This document shows positions 51,601 to 64,000 of a DNA stretch of 64,000 nt, in pieces. The stretch comes from Takakia lepidozioides (lineage: Eukaryota > Plantae > Bryophyta). The translations under genes were made by a program, and so were the position numbers. How positions within the stretch are numbered: the first letter of the stretch is position 1; each line of letters starts with the position of its first letter. The DNA lies in contig CM060731.1 in NCBI GenBank assembly GCA_030704615.1, positions 39,866,001-39,930,000 of the forward strand. The letters are read 5' to 3'. The notes under the pieces were generated by a model. That model saw only the letters and a list, made by a program, of their open reading frames with translations, was not told the origin of the DNA and did no database searches.

Positions 51601-51737
51601 TCCTAAGCTGGGCTCTTCTTCCCCCTCTAGTAGGAATGGATTTGGGGTGTATGGCTGGAGTACCTCTGGGCGCTAGTGCTGCGGTCATTCTACATTTGGG
51701 GTGTGGTGGGTGACGGAAGGTCGAGAGAGAGAGAGAG

Positions 51738-52434
51738 ATGGCGAACGATATGGTACTGGACACCCAAATCCGGGATTGAGTTCTGGTGCCGCTGTCGCTG
51801 GTGATGGTGCTGATAGGAGTGCTTCGCCGTTTGGTTGCCAAGCTCATGCGTTCCAACCAGAACCCTGACCTAAAAGCGCTGAAAGAAGGTCATGTGGTGC
51901 TGAGGCCAGATATCTGAGGGGCGTCCCTGCAAAATCATTCCACATGCGAAAACTGTACTACAACAGTGAGCAAAATGGTCGTTGCATGTTCCCAAAGGTC
52001 AAGGTCAGATATGCAAGTGCAAATGTTTTCGGATCCGAATATGGCTATGGACATGACGAAGAAAAACCTGTCTATGATCATACCTCAAACCCTGATTCAG
52101 GGTCCTCTGACACAGAGGTTTAGTGGGATGCTTCAGAATGGAATCGACTTTGAGGTATGTTGATGTGTATGTGAGCAGTCGGTCTTAGTATTTCTTGTAT
52201 CTGTTTGGACTTCGAGGTCTCTTCAGTCTGATTCTTGGGGAAGAAAATGCTATTGACGATACACAGAGGTTGATGTAGACCCAGATGGCTATGCAAATGG
52301 GGGGCTTCGGCGCAGATCCTGCCAAGACGCTGGGTGCGGAGAAAGATGGGCTGGATCTGATTCAACCCGAGTGGGCTCTGCCCAAGGTAGAACAACGAGC
52401 AGAGGCGGTTTTGCGACAGCTTCTTGAAACCTAA
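51738..52434 (+). pseudogene. EMC3: EMC3 (ER membrane complex subunit 3) processed pseudogene
   Basis: Intronless MANDMVLDTQIRD*VLVPLSLVMVLIG..MFSDPNMAMDM.KKNLSMIIPQTL..PLTQRF..MLQNGID..LFGLRGLFSLILGEENA..LGAEKDGLDL. It carries premature stops, frameshifts and an internal deletion. Confidence 0.9.
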
Positions 52435-54164
52435 CCTTTTTAATTCTTTTGAAAGTTGCTCTGCTTTCATGCTTGGAACTACTTTAGCAGGGCTAGAATC
52501 CGACTATCAGAATGCACTAGACTCGACGGATCCCTATATTTCGGAAGATTTTTTAGGTTCTGAAGATCCTTCGATGCAGGTTCGATCGCCTGATCGTCAC
52601 TTCTTCTCTGGAGGATACGCATCAAACCTGACAATAGGATGAGGAGAATGTTCAGGATTACAACATGATATACAAAAAGACTGAACATTATAAATTGTCA
52701 AACTGGATTCTTCTGGTCCAAGGATGTGGATGTACTTACATTTGGACTTGAGTTGGTTTGTAGTAATTCCTACTCTTGTCTTCGAGCATCTCCACAAAGG
52801 CTTTGTCTCCCATTATGGCCCACTGCACGAAATTTACAATACACAAGAGTCAGCTACTTAGATTTACTACAGATTTGACTGCATGAGCTGCAATTGGTAG
52901 ATCAACCTCTGTAGAAGATTCCAAACTGAGTGCTGCACCCGGTTGGTATGCATTGATCAGGCAGTCATGATGCATAGATGGGGAGTTTCTTGGTTGATTC
53001 ACAGGGGAGACCACACTCATTGCATCTGAAACTATCAAGAGTTTGTGATAAATCGCAATTGAGAGGGTTTGAATGCTTTACAGATTTTGAACACGGTTGG
53101 CTCAGGGCAACTCTCGCATTATCGGAGCCTTATAGCATAGACCATGGCAGTAATCCATGTCTCTGGTGTCGGAGGATGCCAAATCGCAAACTTCAAGAAT
53201 AACAATGGAAAAATTTGTTGAAACCATTTTTGAGGGCTCACTGGTGCAGGGTTAAAACATCTTTCAGTTAAATTCATATATTCAGGTATTCTCAGAATTG
53301 TCAGTAATCCATTTCACGAAAGTTGTGGTAGGCCTGTGGCGCCGATGAGGCTTCCCTCCCACTCCCCTCAGTTGTCTCCTTCCAGTTGCTCTCCCTGTGT
53401 CTCCCTCCCTTCAACTGTCAAACAGAATGCTGTACAGTATGTTGTCATTTCCAGCCCACATGTTAACTCTCAGTGTTGTAGACCGGTTTGTCTTCGACTA
53501 CACCTAAGGGTCATGGTAATTTTGGGCCAAGTTCCGGCATGGTTAATAAATACTTCTTCTCTGGGGTATTGCATTCAATGCGGACGTTGTTTTGATGCAG
53601 TGAGCTCAAAGGACGTGTAAAGTCTGCCAGGGATCAGGACTGGCTGAAAAAGGGGGAATACTAGACTTCCCGCGGCAATGGCTGTGGTAAGTTTGACCTT
53701 CTTGGCACTCATGTTTTTGTTTCTGATGTTTTTGAATTCACGTGGTAGTACGTCGCCCATGTCATGACTGTACTCTCAAGTCAAGTGGAAGATGGTTGAC
53801 GTACTAGTACACAAAACTTGTCTGAGAAACCAGGGGTTGGTTTCTAGCATCTGCCTTCAACCTAACATCTGTTGGTTGCTGGCACAAAGGGTGTGGGGGG
53901 GGGGATTAGTAGACCTCATAGTATCTTGAGAGCTTTGTTTCATTGGAGTATAATGTTCCAAGTGAAGGTGTTGTGCCTACAAAGCTGCATAACTATGCAC
54001 ACAACTTTGAGTTTGGCCATCCTCTTGCATGGACTTTAATGCATGTCAAGCATGTGCAAGAATTTTAACAATGGTGTTGGATTCATCTCTGGTATTTATT
54101 GCTTTTGCAAACAAAGGCACCTTCTCTGTTTCTATGACCATATCGAGTGTACCCTTGTATTGCC

Positions 54165-54980
54165 ACACCCATTTCTGTAGACCTCTGTTTCCCAATTGGT
54201 TTGTGCGAGTGTTTGTTATTTTTGGTGGCTGGCAACGCAGGTCTGTTGTGCATATTCATCACAACTGGAAACCATGCTTTTGATGAGCGTCTGTGAGGCT
54301 GCAAGCCACTATCCTTGTCTAGGTAGCTGTTAAGTTGGTGAAGCAAGAGGAACAGACACTACCTTTGTGAGGGGATATTCTCAATCATAACAAGGGTAAA
54401 TGATTGGTCCAAGATAATAAGTATCCAGTCTTAGGACACTTCTGTCTCAGACCTCTATTTCTCAATTGGTTTGTGTGGGTGTTTTTTATTTTGGTGGTTG
54501 GCAATGCAACTCTGTTGTGTGTATTGATCACAAGTGAAACCAAGCTCTTGATGAGCTCCTGGGAGGCTGCAAGCCACTACCCTTGTCTAGGTAGCTGCTA
54601 AGTTGGCGACCCAAGAGGAACAGATACTACCTTTGTGGGGGGATCTCCTTCATAACCAGGGTAAATGATTGGTCCAAGATAACAAGTATCCAGTCTTAGG
54701 ACACTTCTGTCTCATACCTGTATTTCTCAATTGGTTTGTGTGTGTGTTTTTTACTTTGGTGGCTGGCAATGCCAGTCTGTTGTGCGTATTGATCACAACT
54801 GAAACCGTGCTCTTGATGAGCTTCTGGGAGGCTGCAAGCCACTACCCTTGTCTAGGTAGCTGCTAAGTTGGCAACGCAAGAGGAATAGACACTACCTTTG
54901 TAAGGGGATATTCTCCTTCAAAGTGGGTAAATGAATGGTCCAAGATAATAAGAATCCAGTCTTTGGATACTTCTGTCTCA
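54165..54980. repeat. 265-bp tandem repeat (about 3 units)
   Basis: Near-identical ORFs at 54404 and 54669 (offset 265). GAGGCTGCAAGCCACTA.CCTTGTCTAGGTAGCTG occurs three times. Confidence 0.9.
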
Positions 54981-56599
54981 GCTCTCTCAAAAGGAGTGTC
55001 TGCTGATATGCCAGTATGTGTATGTCATTTGCGACATGAACTCAAGCAAGATCCCGTGTGTAGACTGTAGATATAAATATATGCCTATTCTAGTTTATGT
55101 AATTTCTGAGCTGCCAATTGTCTGTGATGCTGTCTGGACAGGTGGATTTTTACCTTGGCAATCATGGCGCTGATATTTTTTCAGGGCGATAGCATTTAGT
55201 TGAGGAGAGGCCACATGGTTTGTGCTATCTCCTCCTGTATTATGTCATTTGACTTTAATCAAGGTATCGGCCACTACTCAAATCTCAGTGGTCTTCCGCG
55301 ATTCTCATTTTTGCAAAGCCTGTTGTCATTTGTCCTTCTGAGGTAGTATGGTTTTGGATCAAATGCCTCAATTAGTTTTCTGCTGGTAGTGTCTTCCATT
55401 TCCTGTTTGGATTTCTAGGACTGTTGTTCTTTCCTGCATTGTTGTGGACTCCACAGATGAGGCCAGCACCGGCTCCATTGGAGAGTGTTCCAACTTGTCC
55501 TCTTCTGGGCCAAAAGCTCATGGGTGAACAGGAGTTGGTCTGTGAGCCAAAAGGACCATATTACTTTGCAGGAACTCTGCCTGAGTTATATTCGTTGTCT
55601 CACTCTTGCAGATATGAAGCAATAGCCTTCTTCATATTGTATTAGTTGTAATTGAAATCCTTGCTTCATATGGACGAGCAAGCAATGTCTGGATAATGAG
55701 GCAAAGGAGGGTGTAAAGGGTCTACAACAACTACATCTGTATATTTATACAGGAATTTTATGTGACACAAGTTATATATAGTGTGTTCATTTGACGGGAT
55801 TTTTCTGCTCCAAATTACCCTTGGGTTTGCTCGATTTCGATGTTCCATGGCTATGGATTGATATTTTACCTCTCTCTTGGCAATTCTGTGAGCCACTGAT
55901 AAAATTATGCAGTAACTACCACTTTTTGGAGTGTCTCCCTCCACACAACCTCTAATTCGTCTCTTGAGGGCTATAAAGTTTAGTCATTTTTGGTTCCATG
56001 CAGAGACCAACATGCCCACTTTATGATCGCATTATGGCTGTGAGCTATGTTGCTGAAGTGGCAAAAGAGATAAGCACAACAATCGCCATTGCGTTGAGGT
56101 GAGTCTTGCTTTAATTCAACCCCTAGTCAGTCAGCCCTCACCTCTGACTGTAGAGGGATCATGTATGTTGTAGTTTATTTCAAAGAACAATCTTGAACTT
56201 CGAGTAACATGTAAATGTGCAGTAAGTGCCGAATCCCCAGACACATTCTTTCATGCATGCTCTGCTTTCATCACTCTCTCGGACATGCTTTTCTCTTTGT
56301 ATGTAGCTTGTTTACCAGCGATCCCAACAGATACAAACCCCAACAGATACAAACCTTGTGCTTGAACTGGAGAAAGCAGTGGCCTTCCATACTGCAATTG
56401 ACCCAAGCAATTAAAATGAACTTGGGACCAATTTGGACGTATGGAGTTTGGCCTCCTCCCCACAATATGTAGCATGAGATACTGTCGAGCTTTTCACTGT
56501 GGTGGCAGTGCGGAAATTCCTGTTATTCCTCCCACAATGCTGCAGATCTCAGCCCCATAATAGGGCCCCAGTATCAGCCTAGCCATCTCTTCTGGAGAA

Positions 56600-56910
56600 A
56601 CATGAGTTTTTTCAGTTAGTGGCAAATTGTCTCTACCATGAATCTATGCAGTCAATTTGATACAGCTGTGACCTTCATTTTCCTGTGTTGTCCCACCTTG
56701 CCAGTGGTACTCAAGTAGAAGGGTGCTGTGAATCACACTTCAGAAGGGATTTTGCTGCACGTTCTGCCACCTACATTGCCTTGAATTCTACAGGCACCAA
56801 GCAAGGCAAACACACTTCTGCATCTCTTCAATCAGTGTTTTCTTGATGAAGTCCTCTGCCTCTTCTAACAGTCCTGCACGACCAAGAAGGTCAACCATGC
56901 AGCCCAAACA
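56600..56910 (-). pseudogene. PLS-class PPR protein fragment (final PPR motifs and E domain)
   Basis: Translation GCMVDLLGRAGLLEEAEDFIKK..ALLGACRIQGNV..AERAAKSLL, with frameshifts. Confidence 0.8.
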
Positions 56911-57568
56911 TCCCTACCAGCGCCTCTGCTTTACTAGGCAGTTGCATGCTCGGCACCTCTAGGGTTTGCCTTGGTTCAAACTTCAAACCTTTAGCCTGCT
57001 AAAAACGTCAAAACTCTCTGGATACTACTGTTGCCCATTTGTAGTTTGTAGTTTGTACTCTCCAGGGTGATTCCTGGGAACTGGACACTTACGCCAAACC
57101 TAGAGCTTCGTGTGTGGTTTCTGAGGTGAATCCCAGGAAGGACGGAGTATTTGCTCAAATTCTGGCTTGGATCATGTGGCTGATAGCGCCATCTCCAAAC
57201 TTGCCAGAAGTGAGGTGCATTGAAGGTGACAATAAGAGACTAAAATGGCGAAAGTGTACCACTAGGAAATACTCTAGATGTACATGCTATGCAGGATTGC
57301 AAAAAAGTGCTGATTGTGTAGTTTGTTAAAGTGACTATCTAACATTGTAGAGTTGTGCATGTCACTTGATCAATAGAGCCACCCAAGGAACTCTTCCCTC
57401 TTACTATGCTAGCAATACCTAGTGACTTTCTTATTTCCCAGTTTGTCATCCTGGGGCCATATAGGGTGTTTAAAATGCTGTTGTTGTTCAGGCCACACTG
57501 CAAGATGTACATTTCTAACCCATATGAACCAAATCCCTAACTCAGAATTTGCAATATAACCAACAACA

Positions 57569-58739
57569 TCATTTTGCAGCCCCTTTGTGTTTGCCTTTCT
57601 TTCCTTTTCGAACGGCTGACTGCTCTGAGACCATAATGGAGGGACTGTGGACGCCAGATGCCTTGGGTCTTTTCTTGAATGCAGATGCTCGGCTCCCGAC
57701 ATCATCATCATCATCATACCCTTCATCTTCCCCAGTACTGGGGGCCTTCGCTCGTTGGCCTTGATAATGTGAGATACTTGATTTTGAGATAGAATCAGAA
57801 CCACGACAATTCCTTGCAGCAATGATCTTTGCCCTAAGTTTTTGTTGCACTGGGTTCATGGTACTGGCCGCCTGTGCATGAGGCAGGTATTTGGCTCCCA
57901 ATCCCAGCCTGGATCATTTTAGCCCACATGTGACTAGGCTACTTCTCGTCAATCTCTCCCTCGTAATCTCCATCAGCAGCAATGCAGTGTCCCAAGACAA
58001 TTCCAGATATCTGTTTTCCCCTCGTCTGCCTTCTCGAAACCAAGCCAAGAGTCCACTGCCCCAAACAGAAACAGAGACTAATGCGCTTTCTGCCTCTCTT
58101 AGCTCTTTCTCACACATAAATACCTTTCTACACACATACACAAACCTAGTCGGTGTTCCCAGGATAGAGGGGTAACTGCACACCTGGCGGGGCGCATTTC
58201 AGGCTCGGCCTCTGCAGTCGACGCTTCATCGTTAGGGTCCACTTCCGCTCGACCTGTCATGTTCTTACGCCTGCCAAAATTTCCAGAAAAACGATGACTC
58301 CAAGTAAGAGCAAGCTCCGCACCTGCTAGACCAGATGATCCGAAACAAGCGGAGAGAGTAGACAGGGCAAGGTCTAACAAAATCCATCTCCGGAAAAAGA
58401 CTTTGAGTTTCGTTGAGCCCTCCTTCGAAACCTCATCAACAGTGACAATCAAGCTCAATCTCAATGTCACTGAATCGGAAATCACTTGTTCATAATTACA
58501 TATAGCACAGTCTATCTGCCAGACTCGTGACTCTAATATTCACCGAAAAACACCATGCACATACCACCTGAACAGTTGCAATTAAAACGCAGCAGTTGTG
58601 AGGAGTAGAGAGGGGGGCTCACAAGCTGAAGCGCCCTGTCCGTCACAACGACCTCCTTTCTGGAAACATTATGTGCTTCCTCTGATAGGGCAGAGACGTT
58701 GCGATTAGCTTCCCCAGACACGGCCCATGAATTGAGCAT
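57569..58739 (-). pseudogene. Conserved plant 'RLGLGA' protein (probably DUF3245-related), 3 exons, apparent frameshift at the start of exon 2
   Basis: Exon 1 ..EVVVTDRALQL|GT at 58623; exon 2 ..KNMT..EMRPAR| (58186-58270); exon 3 LGLGAKYLP..NPVQQKLRAKI..DDDDDVGSRASAFKK. Exon 2 begins GCG-TAA in frame. The family name is from memory and unverified. Confidence 0.55.
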
Positions 58740-59830
58740 TGGAGACCAGTCAAATCAAGAGGCAGAGAGAAAGCTGAGGTACACAAAGACAGAGCGGGAG
58801 AGGTACAAGATAGGGAAAAATCCCACCGGCAGGAAAGCAAGAGATAGAGATCAAGAGCCTTGCTGCTCTACAAAGTATCAGAGCTTCACAGGTGAGGACA
58901 AATGCCTTTGGAATGCAACCACCATCACTTGTTCCAGCTTTCTCAGCAACCCACAACTCTGATGCTCTCCAAAACCTCAGCATTGTGCAAGCCCAGTGAG
59001 GAGACAAGGGACTGGGGATGAATCATTTCTTTCTGTTTTCTTTTCTCTTTCTCTTTTTGTTATTCTGTTTGTCCAGAAAGAGACAACCAGTAGATTGTGC
59101 ATTGCCACTCTTCTTCTCTTTTAGATTCCAACTCTTACTGAAAAAAATCATGAAATATGAGGTTGTGGTCAGGGATATAGTTAGAACATGATGAAGGGTC
59201 AAGTTGGTAGATCTTAAAACAGTTTTAGTAATGAATGAAAAGGTGGCCAGGGGTGCAGATTTTGCTGTCAAGGGTGGAAGAGTTTGTAGGCCTTTGTGGG
59301 TTAAGGCTTGGCAACCAATGTTGTGCTGCTCTCTAGATCGTAGAGCTGTACTACAAAATTCATATGCATCTATTTATCATAACATTGAATTTCAGCCTCA
59401 TTTCCAGTTTAGCCCTTGATTGGAAAACCCCATTCAATCATCAATGGCAACATCGTTTCAAGGCACAGAAGAACAAGATTGCATCATCTACAAACATGAA
59501 ATCTTCAATATTGTACCAGAAAAAGAACTTACTGCAACTTCTGCCTGCTTGCAAAGGAGGGTATGCCCTTCTTGTTAAGAAAGGTGACCACAAACACACT
59601 ATGTACTGATTCATACAGACAAACTACTAGACTGTTATGCATGTGCCTTACAGCGACTCTGTATGAGGGTGTGATATCTGCTTTGGCTTTTACTGTAGCC
59701 TATGAGTCAAGCCCATGAATGCAAGGGTCTCTACACCAGGAAGGGACAGTTACAGTGGTGATCGGTTTTCGACCAAGCCGTTCCAAGTTGATCTTGATCT
59801 GTAAGGAAGAGACTACCAAAGAACCACACA

Positions 59831-62281
59831 TTACAAGGCATGGGAACCCCTGGACACACCTCTGAACACAGAACGGCTTTTTTGAAGCCGCTCAGCAATG
59901 AGGAATGCCAGTTCCAATGACTGTGAGGCATTTAGACGTGGATCGCAGTGTGTATCGTAACGCGAGCTCAAATCATCCACTGTTACAGTACGTGATCCTC
60001 CAATGCACTCGGTCACATTCCGGCCTGTCATCTCCAGATGCACCCCACCTGGATGGCTACCCTCTTGGTAGTGTACATCAAAAAATGCCCGCAACTCCGC
60101 CTGTTACAGACACAATCAGCAACTCAAGCATATATACTACCAGTTTATGGCAACACCTAGGGCACTGAACTGAAGATTGAAAGACAGAGCACAGAGCTTA
60201 TAGATTCACCAGGCCGTAGAGCTAATATCTACCAAATTTGACTCACCCGGATGGCATCAAAGGGACGAGTCTTCAGTCCACAGGGTGCCTTGATGGTATT
60301 ACCATGCATGGGGTCACTAACCCATGTCACAATGTTGCCAGACTGGCGGACAGCCTGAATTAAAAGGGGTAACTTCAGCCGAAGCTTTTCAGCTCCCATG
60401 CGCACAATCACTGTCAGCCTCCCAGGTTTGTTTTCAGGATTCAGCACTTCACACAGCTTCACCAGTTCTGCAGGATCCATTTTGTCACTCACCTGTATGC
60501 AAATTGCCACCAACTCAATAATTTCGTTGAAGTGCCAGCAAGTCTCTACATAGTTCAGATTTTCATGATGTAAGAATTCAATGATTCTGCCGAACAGTCC
60601 CCCCACCTATCCATGCACCCAAGCATATTCTGGCTATCATCAGTAACCCTTCCCAGGGTCAGTAAATCTTCAAGAGCAAGGGCTGTGCTATTTTGAGTTT
60701 TAGCTTGAGCAAAAACATATGCAGCTCTCAATTCAGTCGACTATTCACATTTGTGAAAACAGGGCAGCACAAAAAAGACCACATCTATGCTAGTCAGCAA
60801 GGAAAGTACCTTGACACCAAGCGGATTAGCAATGCCGCGAAGGAATTCAAGATGGGCACCATCAAGTTGTCGAGTACGCTCCCCAATCCACAACATGTGG
60901 GCCGAGCAGTCATACCAAAGCCCTGATGTTGAATCTTCCCGTGTCAGTGCCTGCTCGTAAGGCAGCAGCAAGCACTCATGAGAGGTCCAGAACCCAGTGG
61001 ATGTCATGATTGGATGATCTAATGGTAAGCCACATGCTGTCATGAAGCCCAGTGTCTCATCCACCCGGTTAGCTAGCTCCAGGTACCTGCCATGCACTGC
61101 CCCTTAGAATCCTCATCTTGCAGAGGAAACCTTTCTCACAGTGAGTAGAAACAACACATGACAAAAGAGGGGAGGGATTTTAGCACATCATGCATACCTT
61201 TCCCCTTGCTTGCTATGGGACGTGAAATCTAGGTTCCACTCAGTGACCCGTTGCATGGCAGCATAGCCGCCAGTGGCGAAGGCTCGCAAGAGGTTCAGGG
61301 TAGCTGCTGCTTGGCTGTAAGCGCGCACCATCCGCTGCGGATCCGGCAGCCTACTCTTCAAGTCAAAGGCATCTCCATTCACAATATCACCCCGGTAGCT
61401 AGGCAACCTCACCCCATCCACTTCCTCATAAGAATCTGATCTGGGCTTTGCAAATTGGCCAGCCATGCGCCCTACCTGCTTGACATTCATGCCGATCATC
61501 CCCAATCAACGACTCATCCATACCTCTAGCCGCCTCCTTCTGGAAAGAAGTAGCAGTGCAGAAGCAATTCTATCAGAGCATGTATTTCCAGCATCTCTCT
61601 GCCACACTAAACTCTTAACACTCCAACATAGAACCACTCACTTCAATCACAATAAGACCACTTGCTTGTTGACTATTTACACCTTCTGGAAGAAAGCGAA
61701 GAGCCCACCTTGACAATTGGCATTTGCCCTCCAAACATGAGGACCACACTCATCTGAAGAAGCAGACGAAATGTGTCCCGAATGTTGTTTGCATTGAATT
61801 CTTTGAAACTTTCAGCACAATCCCCCCCTTGTAACAAAAAGGCATTGCCAAGGGCAGCGTCTCCAAGCCTCTCCTCAAGGCTCCGCGCCTCTCCCGCAAA
61901 CACCAGGGGCGGGAAACGCTCCAAGGTCTTCATAACCGCCTCAAGCTCCTGCGCATCTGGGTACTCAGGCAGCTGCAGGGCTTTCTTGGATTTCCAGCTG
62001 CTCGGACTCCACTCACGCCTTGTCTGATCCACCAGTTTCACAGGCCCTGCTGCATGCACTGCTCGCAAGCTGAGCCCCCCCACTCCTCTCCCCACCTTCA
62101 CCGAAGTTGCCACCCTGGGGACACGGACACCCATCTGCCTACCAGATCCAGAGAACAGATATCCATATTCAAGGTCGCACTCTGGAAAGTTCACCCTCGA
62201 GGCTCGTCTTGCCACATACATCGTAGACATTTGGACAGCCCCAAAATCGCAAACAGCTCTCTCTGCCCCACGCAACGCCAT
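59831..62281 (-). CDS. DHS: Plastid class II DAHP synthase (phospho-2-dehydro-3-deoxyheptonate aldolase), 5 exons
   Basis: Transit-peptide-like N-terminus, then [65 protein letters not shown] and HCDPRLN. Introns are GT-AG. Confidence 0.97.
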
Positions 62282-64000
62282 CTCACATTGCCTCACTCAA
62301 ACCCCCATGCAAGCCAAGCATCCCAAGCAATCCGCAGGGAGCAAACAACAGAACAGCAAACAAGGATTGAGGCCTGCCATGCTCGTTGTGTGCATCTAAC
62401 AGCACTTGAAATCCCAGCACCTTCTCCTGCCCTGTGTGCGTCTGCAGTTCTAGTTACCAAGGTTTCAAATGAGAAAGGATGATGCAACATCAAAATGTGG
62501 CAACACGTCTCTTACGGATAGCATTGGATTGATCAAGGTTGAACACCCCATAAGTCCACCCCACTGATGCAGATTAGAGTCTCGGAGGATGGTCTTCAAA
62601 AACTGAGTTTGATCACCGCACATAAGCTGTACTGAGAGGATGCTATGGATGATAACATTCTAGCATTGCAGGATTTGTATCCTTTCCTCAGCCCTCCACT
62701 CTCATATGCATGATACACCATTGGAAATGGACAATATTCCACAACATAGAAAGCAAGATTAGAGGTTCAGTCACAGATCAGGTTTATTTCACTAGTACAA
62801 TTGATAAGTTCATGACAAAGAGGATATCAGATTTACTGTTATATTGCTTCTGCACGGCACACCCCCATGGTCTTTTGAAAAGATCATTGCTTTTGCAACA
62901 ATCAGTGCCTCTCCTTGGACAATCATGTCAGGTCATGCTCTAGACACTTTTCAGAAAAATCTCCTGGAAATGAATAAGAGAGGACGGTCTAAGCAGAACA
63001 GTTAGCTGAGTTCCACAAGCAAGGGTTTTCAGCATGCTTTACCATAGAATCACTCAGGTTTCCAATTTGTCAAAGTAGAAAGCTCCAGTCCAAGCTTGCA
63101 CAACTCACCTCTTCAAATACTTAGCAGTGTTTCTTCAATAATACTCTACTCATATGGCCAAGCCAATGCACAATCACCCTTTAAATGCTGTCCATCATAA
63201 TTGGAAATGACCAACTCAGTTCTGAAAGTGTGCCCGCGGTGCCACACTATGCCCACCAGCTATCCTACACAGCCTGCAAGCTAGAAATAGATAAAGGTTA
63301 TTGTAGTTAATCATGACTAAACCAGTGACAGCCCACTGAGGGGGGTTCACCATCATCTCAAGCCACAAGGCCTTGACCTCCAACCACATTGTGATCCCCT
63401 CACTCACTCACATCCTCCAATGTTGGGCATAGCTAGCTGCATTTGAAATCCAAAGGACAGTCACATTTGTTGGATAGAATCCACCATTGGTATGCTTGTC
63501 TCTCGTTGCTTACAATTACAACCCACCTTAGCAAGTGGTGATCTAGTAAGGAGACTAACTTGAATCAATACTTTTCACAATACAAGTTCTCACAAACAGC
63601 GGAGCTAATCACAAGTTTGTTGAAGAGCTCTACAGCATAAGCTTGCATCCTCAGCTAGCAGCTCCATATTCATATGCCTACATCAGTGTTTTGGCGACAG
63701 TTGCTGTGTCGAATTGCCAAGAGCGAATAACCTTAGTGCTTGCACGTTGTGGCATCAAGCACAGCACATACTGTGCCAACATTCAAACCTAGATCCTCCA
63801 AGCCTGGTTAAACTTTGCTTTGCCAACGATGAAGATTGATGGAGCATACCAACCAACAAACTAGGACAGCCAGGCCTGCTTCAGGCGCTCTGAAAGAGAC
63901 ATAGCTATTCTCAAGTTTCCAAAGATGCCCCAGGATTGGAAGTGCAGTGCACCACAGCACCTATGGAAGCCCACAGCATACAGCATGAACCACTTTTGAG

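Larger units (their letters stand above)
49300..56480 (-). pseudogene. Scattered relics of a decayed LRR-RLK/RLP-type gene
   Basis: LRRNT-like WVNCSMEGH..LLGSL at ~56330-56410, and LRR-like pieces NFISGS, YNSGRVP, NCTSM and NLTGSTP. A ~50-bp segment at 55631-55680 is shared with the relic at 16461-16510. Confidence 0.35.

Noticed and set aside
62700-64000. Faint PPR-like fragments on the minus strand (VELFNKLV, GFYPTNVT)
   Set aside because: They are too degenerate to support without alignment.

Overview
Eukaryotic nuclear DNA from a land plant; the gene style suggests a non-seed plant (bryophyte or lycophyte grade), which is an inference. The first ~13 kb is a transposon nest. It holds a CACTA end, a Ty3/gypsy gag-pol fragment interrupted by a second LTR element with an unknown 3' accessory ORF, a rearranged piggyBac-like element, an L1 fragment and a hAT MITE. 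Five intact-looking spliced genes follow: mitoribosomal mS23, an RGG/HABP4-type RNA-binding protein, NAP1 (SCAR/WAVE subunit, with a LINE in one intron), an unusual EGF-ectodomain transmembrane RING-H2 ligase, and a class II DAHP synthase. Between the genes lie a second piggyBac copy with both ends intact, a Tourist MITE, an EMC3 retropseudogene, PPR and LRR gene relics, a frameshifted DUF3245-like gene and two tandem repeat arrays. The most notable items are the receptor-like EGF-TM-RING-H2 gene and the defective but mobilised piggyBac family, whose copy 1 shows a foldback and inversion rearrangement. All calls are from reading the sequence; no searches were run.
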